Origin: a virus
Length of the DNA: 64,000 nt
IMG/VR virus record: IMGVR_UViG_3300047510_002627
Span: 32,001 to 96,000 of that record
Reading direction: 5' to 3' (one strand)
The translations under genes were made by a program, and so were the position numbers. This document shows, piece by piece, positions 20,900 to 31,008 of the stretch. A model generated the notes under the pieces. The model saw nothing but the letters and a program-made list of their open reading frames with translations. It ran no database searches and had not been told where the DNA came from. The stretch's first letter is position 1. Every line of letters starts with the position of its first letter.

Positions 20900-21544
20900 A
20901 TGAAACTAATCAAAGAAGAAATAGAATCAGTAAATTTTATTACTGAGGAAAAAAATGGAAAGAAAACCCTTCATATCGAAGGAACTTTTCTCCAAGGAAA
21001 TATAAAAAACCGTAACGGTCGTATGTATCCCATGGAGACTCTTCAAAGAGAAGTTAAGAGATATAATGCAGAATATGTTGAAAAAGGACGTGCTCTTGGA
21101 GAACTCGGACATCCTGATGGACCTACTGTGAATCTCGATAGAGTTTCACATATGATTACATCCTTAAAGGAAGATGGGACAAACTTTGTCGGAAAGGCAA
21201 AAATCCTTGATACTCCTATGGGTAAAATTGCATCTTCTTTAATTGGGGAAGGTGTAAAACTTGGAGTTTCTTCAAGAGGAGTTGGTTCTCTTGTAGAGAA
21301 AAATGGAGTCAAAGTTGTTAATGATGACTTCATGTTAGCAACTGCAGCAGACATCGTTGCCGACCCATCAGCACCAGATGCTTTTGTAAATGGCATCATG
21401 GAAGGTGTTGAGTGGGTTTGGAATAGTGGTGTTTCTGAGCAAAAAGTAGAGAGTTTACAAAAAAGAATTGACAAACTTGCAAGAGAACGTGCTTTAAATG
21501 AGCAAGCACTCAGTCTTTTCAATGAGTTTCTCAATTCTTTGTAA
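20900..21544 (+). CDS. g21: Prohead core protease gp21
   Basis: NRNGRMYP, ALGELGHP, GVSSRGVGS and DIVADPSAPDA motifs. Confidence 0.97.
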   Translation: MKLIKEEIESVNFITEEKNGKKTLHIEGTFLQGNIKNRNGRMYPMETLQREVKRYNAEYVEKGRALGELGHPDGPTVNLDRVSHMITSLKEDGTNFVGKAKILDTPMGKIASSLIGEGVKLGVSSRGVGSLVEKNGVKVVNDDFMLATAADIVADPSAPDAFVNGIMEGVEWVWNSGVSEQKVESLQKRIDKLARERALNEQALSLFNEFLNSL

Positions 21545-21555
21545 TTAAATAATTT

Positions 21556-21563
21556 TATAAATA
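21556..21563 (+). promoter_or_regulatory. Late promoter for g22/g23
   Basis: Exact TATAAATA upstream of g22. Confidence 0.85.
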
Positions 21564-21601
21564 AATATAGTTTAACTTATACGAGTTTACGGAGAGTTCA
21601 A

Positions 21602-22864
21602 ATGTCCCGTGGTAGAAATTTACAGGAAATGGAAGCAGGCACTACACAATCCAAAACTGCTGTCAATACTGGAGCAAAAGGTGCAGAACCTATGAAGAAG
21701 TTGACTACTGGAATTCCAGATGGTCAATCAACAAGCTGGCAAGATCTTGGTGGACCAACACCAGATAATTATACTAATGACGAAAATGGACCAGCAAAAC
21801 TTGGAGATGCATCTACCCCATTAAAGCAAGTTAGAGATGTAGTCAACAAAGGTTCAAAGGCAGCAGAAGGAATGAAGAAAGCTCCTGCTTATGCAACAAC
21901 AGGAGGTTCTTCAGTTTCTCGCAGTGCTGGAGAAGGAATGAAGAAAATGGCAAATCCAGTTAAAGAAGAAGAAGAACTGGATGATGAAATGGTCGAAGAA
22001 TTCCTTGAGGATGAAGAGGTAATCTCTGAGGCTGAAAAGGAAGAAGAAGACGAAAAGGATGAGGACGAAAAGGAAGAGGGCAAGAAAAAGTCCAAGAAGG
22101 AAGATGATGAAGATGATGAAGATGAAATGAAGAAGGAAGAGTTTGACATCGAAGAAGATGTTCATGCTCTTCTTGATGGTGAGGAACTCTCCGAAGAATT
22201 CCAAGAAAAAGCACGTACAATCTTTGAAGCAGCACTTCGTTCAAAGGTAACTGAAATCCGTGAGTCTCTTGAAGCACAATACGAAGAGAGACTTGTAGAA
22301 GAAGTTGCTGAAATCAAGTCTGTTCTTGAAGAGCGTGTTGATTCATATCTTGAGTACGTTGCTCAAGAATGGTTAGAGGAAAATGCACTTGCAGTTGAGC
22401 AAGGCATTAGAACAGAAATGACCGAATCCTTCATTACTGGTATGAAGGGTCTTTTTGAAGCACATTATGTAGAAATCCCTGAAGAGAAATATGATGTCCT
22501 TGAGAGTATGGTAGACAAACTTGATGAAATGGAGACAAAACTCAACGAGCAAATTGAGAAGAATGTTTCCCTTAACAAGCGCCTCGCAGAGTCGGTTGCT
22601 GACGGAATCTTTGATAATGTTGCTGAGGGACTTGCCCTGAGCCAGAAAGAAAAGCTCGCTTCACTTGCTGAAAGTGTTGAGTTTGAAAGTGAAGAACAAT
22701 ATCGTGAAAAGTTGGAGATGCTGAAAGAATCTTATTTCACAGCACAGAAAGCTCCAAAGGCAACAACAGAGACTCTCTCAGAAGGAGTAGATTCTACTCC
22801 AGAAATGGTTTCTCCAGGAATGGAGGCTTATATGAGAGCACTGAACTCAGTTGCAAAAAACTGA
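21602..22864 (+). CDS. g22: Prohead core scaffold protein gp22
   Basis: Very acidic coiled coil with LSEEFQEKARTIFEAA and VDSYLEYV motifs; lies between g21 and g23. Confidence 0.93.
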   Translation: MSRGRNLQEMEAGTTQSKTAVNTGAKGAEPMKKLTTGIPDGQSTSWQDLGGPTPDNYTNDENGPAKLGDASTPLKQVRDVVNKGSKAAEGMKKAPAYATTGGSSVSRSAGEGMKKMANPVKEEEELDDEMVEEFLEDEEVISEAEKEEEDEKDEDEKEEGKKKSKKEDDEDDEDEMKKEEFDIEEDVHALLDGEELSEEFQEKARTIFEAALRSKVTEIRESLEAQYEERLVEEVAEIKSVLEERVDSYLEYVAQEWLEENALAVEQGIRTEMTESFITGMKGLFEAHYVEIPEEKYDVLESMVDKLDEMETKLNEQIEKNVSLNKRLAESVADGIFDNVAEGLALSQKEKLASLAESVEFESEEQYREKLEMLKESYFTAQKAPKATTETLSEGVDSTPEMVSPGMEAYMRALNSVAKN

Positions 22865-22914
22865 ATTTAATATTAACAACAAAACAAACGCACTTTAGTA
22901 AAAGGTAAAAAGCA

Positions 22915-24351
22915 ATGTTTCAATCAGAAGCACTGCAGAAGAAGTGGGCACCTCTTCTGGAGCACGAAGGTTGCGAAGCAATCAAAGACTCCCACAGAAA
23001 GGCTGTAACCGCTGTTCTGCTTGAGAACCAAGAAAGATTTTTAAGAGAGCAATCTGCTTTCAATGCAGGTGGACTCCTGACCGAGACCCCAACTGTCAAC
23101 ACTGGATCAGGTCCAGTTGTTAACGGTGTTGGTGGCCCTGGTTTCGGTGGATCCGCCGATGCTGCTGGTCCAGTAGCAGGTTTCGATCCCGTACTGATTT
23201 CACTGATCCGTCGTTCAATGCCAAACCTGGTCGCTTATGACCTCGCTGGTGTTCAACCAATGAACGGACCAACAGGACTCATCTTTGCGATGAGAGCACG
23301 TTATGAAGATCAGAACGGAACAGAAGCACTGTTCAATGAGCCAAACACTGCATACTCTGGTCAAGATGACGGATTCGATAACGATCTTGGCGATTACACC
23401 AGAAACGCAGGAAATGGAGCTGCTGTAGGTCTCGGTACTACAGGACCACAAACAGGAGATAATCCTGGTCTTCTGAATCCAAATGGATCAGAAACTGGAT
23501 ATAACGTTGGTCAGGGTATGAATACCGCTGATGCTGAGAATCTCGGCAACGGTACTGGTAACCAGTTCAACGAAATGGCTTTCTCAATCGAGAAAGTTCT
23601 TGTTGAGGCCAAGTCAAGAGCACTGAAGGCAGAATACAGCCTTGAACTTGCTCAAGACCTGAAGGCAATCCACGGTCTGAATGCAGAAGCTGAGTTGGCA
23701 AACATTCTGTCAACTGAGATTCTTGCTGAAATCAACCGTGAAGTCATCAGAACCATCTACAAGGTTGCTGAGCAGGGTGCAACTCTGAACACCGCAACCG
23801 CAGGTGTATTTGACCTTGACGTTGACTCCAACGGTCGTTGGTCAGTTGAGAAGTTCAAAGGTCTGCTGTTCCAAATCGAGCGTGATGCAAACCAGATTGC
23901 ACAGAGAACTCGTAGAGGAAAGGGCAATGTAATCATGTGCTCTGCTGACGTTGCTTCAGCACTCACCATGGCAGGAGTACTTGACTACACCCCAGCACTC
24001 AACGCAAACCTGAATGTTGATGACACTGGTAACACCTTCGCTGGTGTTCTGATGGGCAAATTCCGCGTATATATTGACCCATATTCTGCTAATAACGCTG
24101 CTTCACAGTACTACGTTATTGGTTATAAGGGTTCTTCACCTTATGACGCAGGACTTTTCTATTGCCCATATGTTCCTCTCCAAATGGTACGTGCCGTTGG
24201 TGAGAACACCTTCCAACCAAAAATCGGATTTAAGACCCGCTACGGCATGGTCGCTAATCCATTCGCAGAAGGAACTGCCCAGGGTCTCGGAAGACTGCAA
24301 ACAGGTACAAACCGTTACTACAGAAGAGTACGTGTTAACAACCTCATGTGA
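22915..24351 (+). CDS. g23: Major capsid protein gp23
   Basis: KWAPLL, FDPVLISLIRRSMPNL, GVQPMNGPTGLIFAMR and FQPKIGFKTRYG motifs; strongly biased high-expression codons. Confidence 0.99.
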   Translation: MFQSEALQKKWAPLLEHEGCEAIKDSHRKAVTAVLLENQERFLREQSAFNAGGLLTETPTVNTGSGPVVNGVGGPGFGGSADAAGPVAGFDPVLISLIRRSMPNLVAYDLAGVQPMNGPTGLIFAMRARYEDQNGTEALFNEPNTAYSGQDDGFDNDLGDYTRNAGNGAAVGLGTTGPQTGDNPGLLNPNGSETGYNVGQGMNTADAENLGNGTGNQFNEMAFSIEKVLVEAKSRALKAEYSLELAQDLKAIHGLNAEAELANILSTEILAEINREVIRTIYKVAEQGATLNTATAGVFDLDVDSNGRWSVEKFKGLLFQIERDANQIAQRTRRGKGNVIMCSADVASALTMAGVLDYTPALNANLNVDDTGNTFAGVLMGKFRVYIDPYSANNAASQYYVIGYKGSSPYDAGLFYCPYVPLQMVRAVGENTFQPKIGFKTRYGMVANPFAEGTAQGLGRLQTGTNRYYRRVRVNNLM

Positions 24352-24376
24352 TCCATTAGGTTCACTAGGTTTTCTT

Positions 24377-24401
24377 GGGGGGTCTTCGGACCCCCTTTTT
24401 T
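24377..24401 (+). terminator. Intrinsic terminator after g23 with a C(UUCG)G tetraloop
   Basis: GGGGGTC-TTCG-GACCCCC followed by a T-tract; TCTAAATA late box follows at 24404-24411. Confidence 0.92.
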
Positions 24402-24424
24402 ATTCTAAATAGTTAAAAAATACC

Positions 24425-25012
24425 ATGGAAGATAAACCAAAAGGTAGAAGAGGTCAAATAGAAAATAGAAACTATCTTTCAAGTACTGGATTTAAATTTG
24501 TTTTGAGTCGTGCTCCAAAGACAGCCTTCTTTTGCAATAAAGCAAATATACCTGGAATCACTCTAGGAGTTGCAAATCAATCAAATTATCTTACAAATCC
24601 AATTCCTCATCCTGGGGATAATATGATATTTGAAGATTTTCAAATGGATTTTATAGTGGATGAAGATCTGACAAACTTCATGGAAATTCAATTTTGGATG
24701 AGAGGATTGGGATTTCCTGAGAGTTTAGAAGAAATATATGATTGGCAAAATGACCCAGATAGTTATCTTTATGGCGGTTTAGATGCAAATATGAATTTGT
24801 ATTCTGATGGAACTTTATTCATATTGAATAGTAATTTCAGGTTGAATCATCAAATAAGATTTAGAAAAATGTTCCCATATAGATTATCGGAACTTTCTTT
24901 TGATGCAACAAATACAGATGAAGAGTACTTTACTGCTAGTGTGAGTTTTAAATATATGATGTATAATATAGCAGATGAAAAAGGATACATTAAACCAAAA
25001 CGATATAGTTAA
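24425..25012 (+). CDS. g3: Tail completion/tube terminator protein gp3
   Basis: NYLSSTGFKF, ANIPGITLG, FIVDEDLTNF and SDGTL motifs; synteny after g23. Confidence 0.88.
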   Translation: MEDKPKGRRGQIENRNYLSSTGFKFVLSRAPKTAFFCNKANIPGITLGVANQSNYLTNPIPHPGDNMIFEDFQMDFIVDEDLTNFMEIQFWMRGLGFPESLEEIYDWQNDPDSYLYGGLDANMNLYSDGTLFILNSNFRLNHQIRFRKMFPYRLSELSFDATNTDEEYFTASVSFKYMMYNIADEKGYIKPKRYS

Positions 25013-25014
25013 TT

Positions 25015-25452
25015 ATGGCAATTGATTTAGATCTTATACAGTCAATGTGGGAAAAAGATTCAAAAATAGATATAGATAATCTTCATACAGAATCTTTAAA
25101 TATTCCCGTATTGCATTCAAAATATTTTGATTTATATAATAAAATAACAATTCTCAGAACAAACGCAGAAAATAAGAAAAAAACAGTAAGAAAAAATCGT
25201 CATGAGTATTATACTGGAAAAGCGGATCCTGATGAGTATGTGGAAAATCCATTCCCTAAAAAAATCCGTGATAAAGAAACTTTACGACAATATTTGGATG
25301 CCGATGAATCACTTTCTCAGATCTCACTTAAAGTAGAATATTATGACATTATGCTTCGATATTTGGAAGATATAATTAAAACAATCCATAATCGCACTTA
25401 TCAAATTAAAAATGCAATTGAATATCAAAAATTCATGAGTGGGTTGGGATAA
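25015..25452 (+). CDS. uvsY: Recombination mediator UvsY
   Basis: DSKID, LHSKY and RTYQIKNAIE motifs; precedes uvsW. Confidence 0.9.
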   Translation: MAIDLDLIQSMWEKDSKIDIDNLHTESLNIPVLHSKYFDLYNKITILRTNAENKKKTVRKNRHEYYTGKADPDEYVENPFPKKIRDKETLRQYLDADESLSQISLKVEYYDIMLRYLEDIIKTIHNRTYQIKNAIEYQKFMSGLG

Positions 25453-25485
25453 CAAATCTAAATACATTAGTTATAGCAATACTTT

Positions 25486-26952
25486 ATGACTAATGTGACA
25501 ATCACAAAAAAGAATGAGGTTTACATTAAGTTGGAATGTGAACCTCATGTTTTATATGACTTAGAACCTCATTTCACATTTGATGTTGATGGGGCAAAGT
25601 TTATGCCGCATATGAGAAATAAGTATTGGGATGGGAAAATAAGGTTACTTAGTACTCATACTGGAGAAGTTTATGCTGGACTTCTTGATAAAGTAATTGC
25701 TAAGTTAAAAAAATATGATTACGATTATACGTTTAAAGAAAACAAATATTATGGTCTTCCATTTGAAGTAAACGATGAGATATGCCCAGAAGGGGTTGCA
25801 GACTACATGAAAAGTATTTGTAGTCACATTCCCTATGACTATCAAATTAACGGTGTTTATGAGTGTCTGAGGTACAATAGAAAACTTATACTGAGTCCAA
25901 CTGCATCTGGTAAGTCTTTAATGATTTATTCGATCATAAGATATTATGTTGCAAAGGGGAAAAGGATTCTTATTGTTTTTCCAACTACATCACTTGTCCG
26001 TCAAATGTTTAATGACTTTAAGGATTATGGTTGGAATGCTGATGAATATTGCCATTTGATTTATTCGGGTAAAGAGAAAAATACGGACATGCCCGTTACT
26101 CTTTCCACATGGCAATCTTTATATACTTTACCAAAAAGTTTCTTTGAAAATTATGACTGTGTAATTGTAGATGAGGCGCATACTGCCAAGTCCAAATCAT
26201 TAATAGACATTATGAAAAAATGTCATAATGCAAAGTATCGTTTTGGATTTACTGGAACTCTTTCTGGAAGTAATACCCATGAGTGGGTTGTTTGTGGTTT
26301 ATTTGGACCGCAGTATAAAACTATTGGAACATCTGAGATGATTGAGAAGGGAAGAGCATCTCAACTTGATATTAACTGCTTACTATTAAAACATAAACCT
26401 CAAAAATTTGATACGTATGAGGATGAAATACAATTTTTAATTACTAATGACAAGAGAAATAAATTTATACGAAATCTTGCTCTTAGTTTAAAAGGAAATA
26501 CTCTTGTTTTATTTTCAAGAGTAGAAACTCACGGACAGATACTATTTGATTTAATAAATAATCGTAAGGAAGAAAGTCGAAAGGTTTTCTTCGTTCATGG
26601 TGGAGTAGATGCAGAAGAACGAGAAGCAATAAGGCAAATTACTGAACAAGAAGATAATGCGATTATTGTTGCTTCTTATGGAGTGTTTAGCACTGGAATT
26701 TCTATAAAAAGACTTCACAATATAATTTTTGCATCACCTAGTAAATCAAGAATAAGAAATCTTCAAAGTATTGGAAGAGTTTTAAGAAAGGGTAAAGACA
26801 AAGATAAAGCAACCCTTTATGACATTGCAGATGATACTACATACAATTCAAAGAAAAACTATACATTAAATCATTTTATAGAAAGAATTAAAATTTATGT
26901 CGAAGAAGATTTTAACTATGAAATAATACCAATCAATATAGGAGGAACCTAA
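25486..26952 (+). CDS. uvsW: SF2 RNA-DNA/DNA helicase UvsW
   Basis: SPTASGKS, DEAH box and LQSIGRVLR motifs. Confidence 0.96.
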   Translation: MTNVTITKKNEVYIKLECEPHVLYDLEPHFTFDVDGAKFMPHMRNKYWDGKIRLLSTHTGEVYAGLLDKVIAKLKKYDYDYTFKENKYYGLPFEVNDEICPEGVADYMKSICSHIPYDYQINGVYECLRYNRKLILSPTASGKSLMIYSIIRYYVAKGKRILIVFPTTSLVRQMFNDFKDYGWNADEYCHLIYSGKEKNTDMPVTLSTWQSLYTLPKSFFENYDCVIVDEAHTAKSKSLIDIMKKCHNAKYRFGFTGTLSGSNTHEWVVCGLFGPQYKTIGTSEMIEKGRASQLDINCLLLKHKPQKFDTYEDEIQFLITNDKRNKFIRNLALSLKGNTLVLFSRVETHGQILFDLINNRKEESRKVFFVHGGVDAEEREAIRQITEQEDNAIIVASYGVFSTGISIKRLHNIIFASPSKSRIRNLQSIGRVLRKGKDKDKATLYDIADDTTYNSKKNYTLNHFIERIKIYVEEDFNYEIIPINIGGT

Positions 26953-26953
26953 T

Positions 26954-27373
26954 ATGATGGAAGATGATTTTTATGCATCAATAAAATTAATCAGTGGTGA
27001 AGAAGTATTCGCAAGAGTAATGCCTTGCATAGAAAATGAAAATATTAATTTACTTTTAAATAATCCTGTAACATTCTCTGAAATTAAAAACAGAAATGGA
27101 ATGTGTGGATATAAAATAGAACCATGGTTAAAAACTTCAAGAGAAGATTTAATTATGGTAAATATGGAAAGAGTAATTACTATTTGCGAAAGTACTGATA
27201 CTGAAATGATACAATTGCATCAATCATTTGTAGATAAGTATCAAAGTATAAAACACAAAAAACTCAGTAAAGGTAATGTGACTAGAAAGATGGGTTACAT
27301 TGCTAATATAAAGGAAGCAAAAAATCTCCTTGAAAAGATCTATAAAAAATCCCCAGATAAACCAAGTATTTAA
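26954..27373 (+). CDS. Sm-like-fold hypothetical protein
   Basis: N-terminal IKLISGEEVFARV and central xPW motif shared with the ORFs at 38383 and 41237. Confidence 0.6.
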   Translation: MMEDDFYASIKLISGEEVFARVMPCIENENINLLLNNPVTFSEIKNRNGMCGYKIEPWLKTSREDLIMVNMERVITICESTDTEMIQLHQSFVDKYQSIKHKKLSKGNVTRKMGYIANIKEAKNLLEKIYKKSPDKPSI

Positions 27374-27405
27374 AGATATTAAATTATCTCAAAGGCGACA
27401 AACCT

Positions 27406-27434
27406 AGTCTACTTGCTTTTTGCCCATTTGTCAA
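27406..27434 (-). promoter_or_regulatory. Antisense sigma70-type promoter
   Basis: Minus strand reads TTGACA-17 bp-TAGACT and points into the 26954 ORF and uvsW; no minus-strand gene follows. Confidence 0.6.
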
Positions 27435-27438
27435 GTAC

Positions 27439-27467
27439 TTGCAATATTGATGTTAAAATGTTATGAT
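27439..27467 (+). promoter_or_regulatory. sigma70-type promoter for g55
   Basis: TTGCAA-17 bp-TATGAT with extended -10 TG. Confidence 0.65.
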
Positions 27468-27493
27468 GTCTACATAGTAAATTAGTAATTTTT

Positions 27494-27991
27494 ATGGCAT
27501 ACGGCAGTATCATGACTAAGAGGAAGAGGTCAGTTCATTACGTTAATAACAAAGATTTTTTGGAAGCTCTGATCAAATATAGAGAAGAAGTTGATTTAGC
27601 GGAGCAAAGAGGTGATCCAAAACCAAGAATAAACAATTATCTTGGAGAATGTTTCTTAAAGATTGCTACTCATCTATCTTTCAAACCTAATTTTGTAAAT
27701 TATATTTTTAAAGATGATATGATTTCTGATGGGATTGAGAATTGTATTCAATATATTCATAATTTTAATCCAGAAAAATCAAAGAATCCATTTGCATATT
27801 TTACTCAAATTATTCACTACGCATTTTTGAGAAGAATTCAAAGAGAAAAGCGTCAACTAGAAATTAAAAATAAAATTCTTGAACGAACTGGATATGATGA
27901 AGTGTTTCATGATGATTCCAGTATTGACGGAATGAACTATAGCGACTATAATTCTATTAAGGACTCTGTTCACTCAAAACTTCGTAATTGA
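27494..27991 (+). CDS. g55: Late-transcription sigma factor gp55
   Basis: HYVNNKDF, DDMISDGIENC and NPFAYFTQII motifs. Confidence 0.96.
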   Translation: MAYGSIMTKRKRSVHYVNNKDFLEALIKYREEVDLAEQRGDPKPRINNYLGECFLKIATHLSFKPNFVNYIFKDDMISDGIENCIQYIHNFNPEKSKNPFAYFTQIIHYAFLRRIQREKRQLEIKNKILERTGYDEVFHDDSSIDGMNYSDYNSIKDSVHSKLRN

Positions 27992-29029
27992 ATGAAAGTA
28001 GCAATTATTACTGATCAACACTTTGGAGCAAGGAAAAACTCTAAAATGTTTCATGAGCATTTTCTAAAATTTTATGAAAATGTTTTTTTCCCAACACTAG
28101 AATCCGAAGGTATTGCCACTGTCATAGACATGGGTGATACCTTTGATAGTCGTAAAGGAATTGATTTTTCTGCTCTTGCTTGGGCAAAAAATCATTACTA
28201 TGATAAACTCCAAGAAATGGGGGTAAAGGTTCATACAATTGTTGGAAATCATACTGCTTATTATAAGAATACAAATGAAATTAATGCAGTAGATTTGCTT
28301 CTAAGAGAATATTCAAATATAACAGTATACAGTAACCCAACAGAAATTAAGATTGGAAATCTTGATGTTTTGTTATTGCCATGGATAAATGAAGAAAATG
28401 AAAAAGAAACTTACTCACTTATTGAAACTACATCTTGCATTTGTGCGATGGGGCACCTTGAGTTCTCGGGATTTAGAGTTAATTCGCAAATCGTCATGGA
28501 GCATGGTCTTTCAAGCAAATTATTTAAAAAGTTCAAACGTGTCTACTCGGGACACTATCACACTAGATCGAATGATGGAAAAATTTTCTACTTAGGAAAT
28601 CCATATGAAATTTATTGGACTGATGTTTACGATAAGAGAGGATTCACAATCTTTGATACAGAAACTCTTAAACATCAATCCATAGATAATCCTTATAATA
28701 TTTTTGAAATTGTTTATTATGGAGAAGATACAACTCCAATTGAAAATAACGATTACGAAAATAAAATTGTAAAAGTTATTGTAAAGCAAAAAGATAATCA
28801 ACTTAAGTTTGAAAAATTTTTAGATAATTTGTATTCTCAAAATCCGGCAGAAGTTAAAATTGTTGAAAATTTTGAAATCAATATTAAAGACTTTGAAGAA
28901 GATATTGAATCTGAAGATACGGTCTCTATCTTAGATAGATATATTCAGGATTCTGAAATTGATATGGATAAATCTAAAATTAGATCTATTATCAGGGAAA
29001 TCTACAAGGAGTCGTGCGAGATGATTTAA
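27992..29029 (+). CDS. g47: Recombination endonuclease subunit gp47 (Mre11/SbcD-like)
   Basis: Phosphoesterase motifs TDQHFG, GDTFD, GNH and SGHYH. Confidence 0.96.
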   Translation: MKVAIITDQHFGARKNSKMFHEHFLKFYENVFFPTLESEGIATVIDMGDTFDSRKGIDFSALAWAKNHYYDKLQEMGVKVHTIVGNHTAYYKNTNEINAVDLLLREYSNITVYSNPTEIKIGNLDVLLLPWINEENEKETYSLIETTSCICAMGHLEFSGFRVNSQIVMEHGLSSKLFKKFKRVYSGHYHTRSNDGKIFYLGNPYEIYWTDVYDKRGFTIFDTETLKHQSIDNPYNIFEIVYYGEDTTPIENNDYENKIVKVIVKQKDNQLKFEKFLDNLYSQNPAEVKIVENFEINIKDFEEDIESEDTVSILDRYIQDSEIDMDKSKIRSIIREIYKESCEMI

Positions 29030-29030
29030 C

Positions 29031-29309
29031 ATGTATATAATAACATTGGATGGTAGAGAAGAAGAAGGCGCTTATTCAGTCACAAATGAACATGGAGAAC
29101 AAGTTCTTTACATTTTTGAAGAAGAAGATGATGCAATTCGATTTGCCATGATGTTAGAAGATGATAGAAACTATCCTCCCATGCACGTTATTGAAGTTGA
29201 TGATGACGCAATACTGACTGCATGTAGAGAACATGATTATGAGTATAATATATTTTCACAACATGATTTTGTAATTCCTCCTGACGAAGAAGAAAATGAT
29301 TTTATTTGA
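29031..29309 (+). CDS. Conserved acidic hypothetical protein
   Basis: FEEEDDAIRFAMML and DFVIPP motifs; lies between g47 and g46 as in cyanophages. Confidence 0.75.
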   Translation: MYIITLDGREEEGAYSVTNEHGEQVLYIFEEEDDAIRFAMMLEDDRNYPPMHVIEVDDDAILTACREHDYEYNIFSQHDFVIPPDEEENDFI

Positions 29310-31008
29310 AACAATTCGATGGAAAAACTTTTTAAGCACTGGAGATCAGTTTATTGAAGTTAATTTTTTAAAAGATCAAACAACATTAATTGTTGGTCAA
29401 AATGGTGCAGGAAAAAGTACTATTTTGGATGCTCTCACATTTGTTTTATTTGGTAAATCTTTTCGTGGAATTAACAAACCACAATTGATCAATTCTACAA
29501 ATGAAAAAGAGTGTGTTGTTGAAATTGAATTCAAAATTGGATCTGTAAATTGGAAAGTTAAAAGGGGAATAAAACCTTCAATATTTGTTATTGAAAGAAA
29601 TGGCAAAGAGTTGGATCAGCAACATTCATCCGCAGAACAGCAAAAGTGGTTTGAACAAACTGTTCTTAAAATGAATTATAAATCATTCACTCAAGTGGTA
29701 ATTATTGGAAGCAGTAATTTTGTTCCATTTATGCAGTTAACTTCTGTTAATCGTAGAGAAGTTATTGAAGATCTTCTTGACATTAAAATCTTTTCTTCAA
29801 TGAATTCATTGATTAAAGATAAAATAAAATTGACTAAAGATGAAATTAGAACTTTAGAACTCAAAAGAGATTCTTTGAGAGACAAAGTTGAAATGCAGGA
29901 AGATTTTATTAAAAAAATTAAAAATGAAGGAAATAATAAAGTTAAAGAATTAGAACAAGAAATTGAAGAGATCATATCTCAAGAAAAAGTGTCAATATCT
30001 TATAATAATAAGTATGAAGAAGAAATTATCTATCTTCAAAATAAGATGGAAGAACTTTCGTATTCTAAAGACACTTTAAAAAAACTTACAAATATTAAAG
30101 GTAAGTTGTCACAAAAAGTAGTAACGATTACTGAAGAGCATGAGTTTTTCCGTAATAATTCGGTATGCCCTACCTGCACACAAAATATAGAAGAATCTTT
30201 TAGATTAAATAGAATTAGTGATGCCATAAACAAGGCAAAAGAACTGCAATCTGGTTATGAAGAACTTGAGCAGACTATTCGTGATGAAGAAATTAAAGAA
30301 GATCATTTCCTTCAAATTTCAAAAGAAGTCACTAACTTAACACATGAAATTTCTCAAAATAATCTTAGGATCACTGGATTCCAACGGAGAATCAGAGATA
30401 ATGAAAAAGAAATTCAAAGAATTACCAATGACCTGGAAAATGAAAATTCTGAATATGAAAAGTTAGAGGATTTTAAGAAAAGACTTAATACTATTTTTGA
30501 AGAATTGTCCGAGAAAAAGGAAACAAATTCATACTATGAATATTGTTATAGTCTTTTAAAGGATTCGGGAGTAAAAACTCAAATCATCAAAAAATATCTA
30601 CCATTCATTAACCAACAGGTGAATAGATATCTTCAGATGATGGATTTTTATATCAATTTTTCTCTTGATGAAGAGTTTAACGAAACGATTCAATCACCGA
30701 TTCACGAAGATTTTACCTATGGGTCTTTTAGTGAAGGTGAACGACAAAGAATTGACTTAGCACTTTTGTTCACTTGGAGAGAAGTTGCTAAATTTAAAAA
30801 TTCTACAAATACTAATCTATTAATTATGGATGAGGTATTTGATAGTTCTCTTGATGGTAATGGAACTGAAGAATTTATTAAAATTCTTCGTTATGTTGTT
30901 CAAGATGCAAACACTTTTGTCATATCTCATAAAGTTGGTATGGAAGATAGGTTTGAAAGTGTGCTAAAATTTGAAAAGTATAAAGGATTTAGTAGAGTTG
31001 TAAAATGA
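29296..31008 (+). CDS. g46: Recombination ATPase gp46 (Rad50/SbcC-like)
   Basis: Walker A GQNGAGKS, zinc hook CPTC, signature FSEGE, Walker B LIMDEVFD. Confidence 0.97.
   Translation: MILFETIRWKNFLSTGDQFIEVNFLKDQTTLIVGQNGAGKSTILDALTFVLFGKSFRGINKPQLINSTNEKECVVEIEFKIGSVNWKVKRGIKPSIFVIERNGKELDQQHSSAEQQKWFEQTVLKMNYKSFTQVVIIGSSNFVPFMQLTSVNRREVIEDLLDIKIFSSMNSLIKDKIKLTKDEIRTLELKRDSLRDKVEMQEDFIKKIKNEGNNKVKELEQEIEEIISQEKVSISYNNKYEEEIIYLQNKMEELSYSKDTLKKLTNIKGKLSQKVVTITEEHEFFRNNSVCPTCTQNIEESFRLNRISDAINKAKELQSGYEELEQTIRDEEIKEDHFLQISKEVTNLTHEISQNNLRITGFQRRIRDNEKEIQRITNDLENENSEYEKLEDFKKRLNTIFEELSEKKETNSYYEYCYSLLKDSGVKTQIIKKYLPFINQQVNRYLQMMDFYINFSLDEEFNETIQSPIHEDFTYGSFSEGERQRIDLALLFTWREVAKFKNSTNTNLLIMDEVFDSSLDGNGTEEFIKILRYVVQDANTFVISHKVGMEDRFESVLKFEKYKGFSRVVK

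Noticed and set aside
21043-22277. Several minus-strand ORFs with poly-Ser/Phe tracts opposite g21/g22
   Set aside because: Mirror images of the GAA/GAT-rich acidic scaffold sequence; not genes and not a true repeat array
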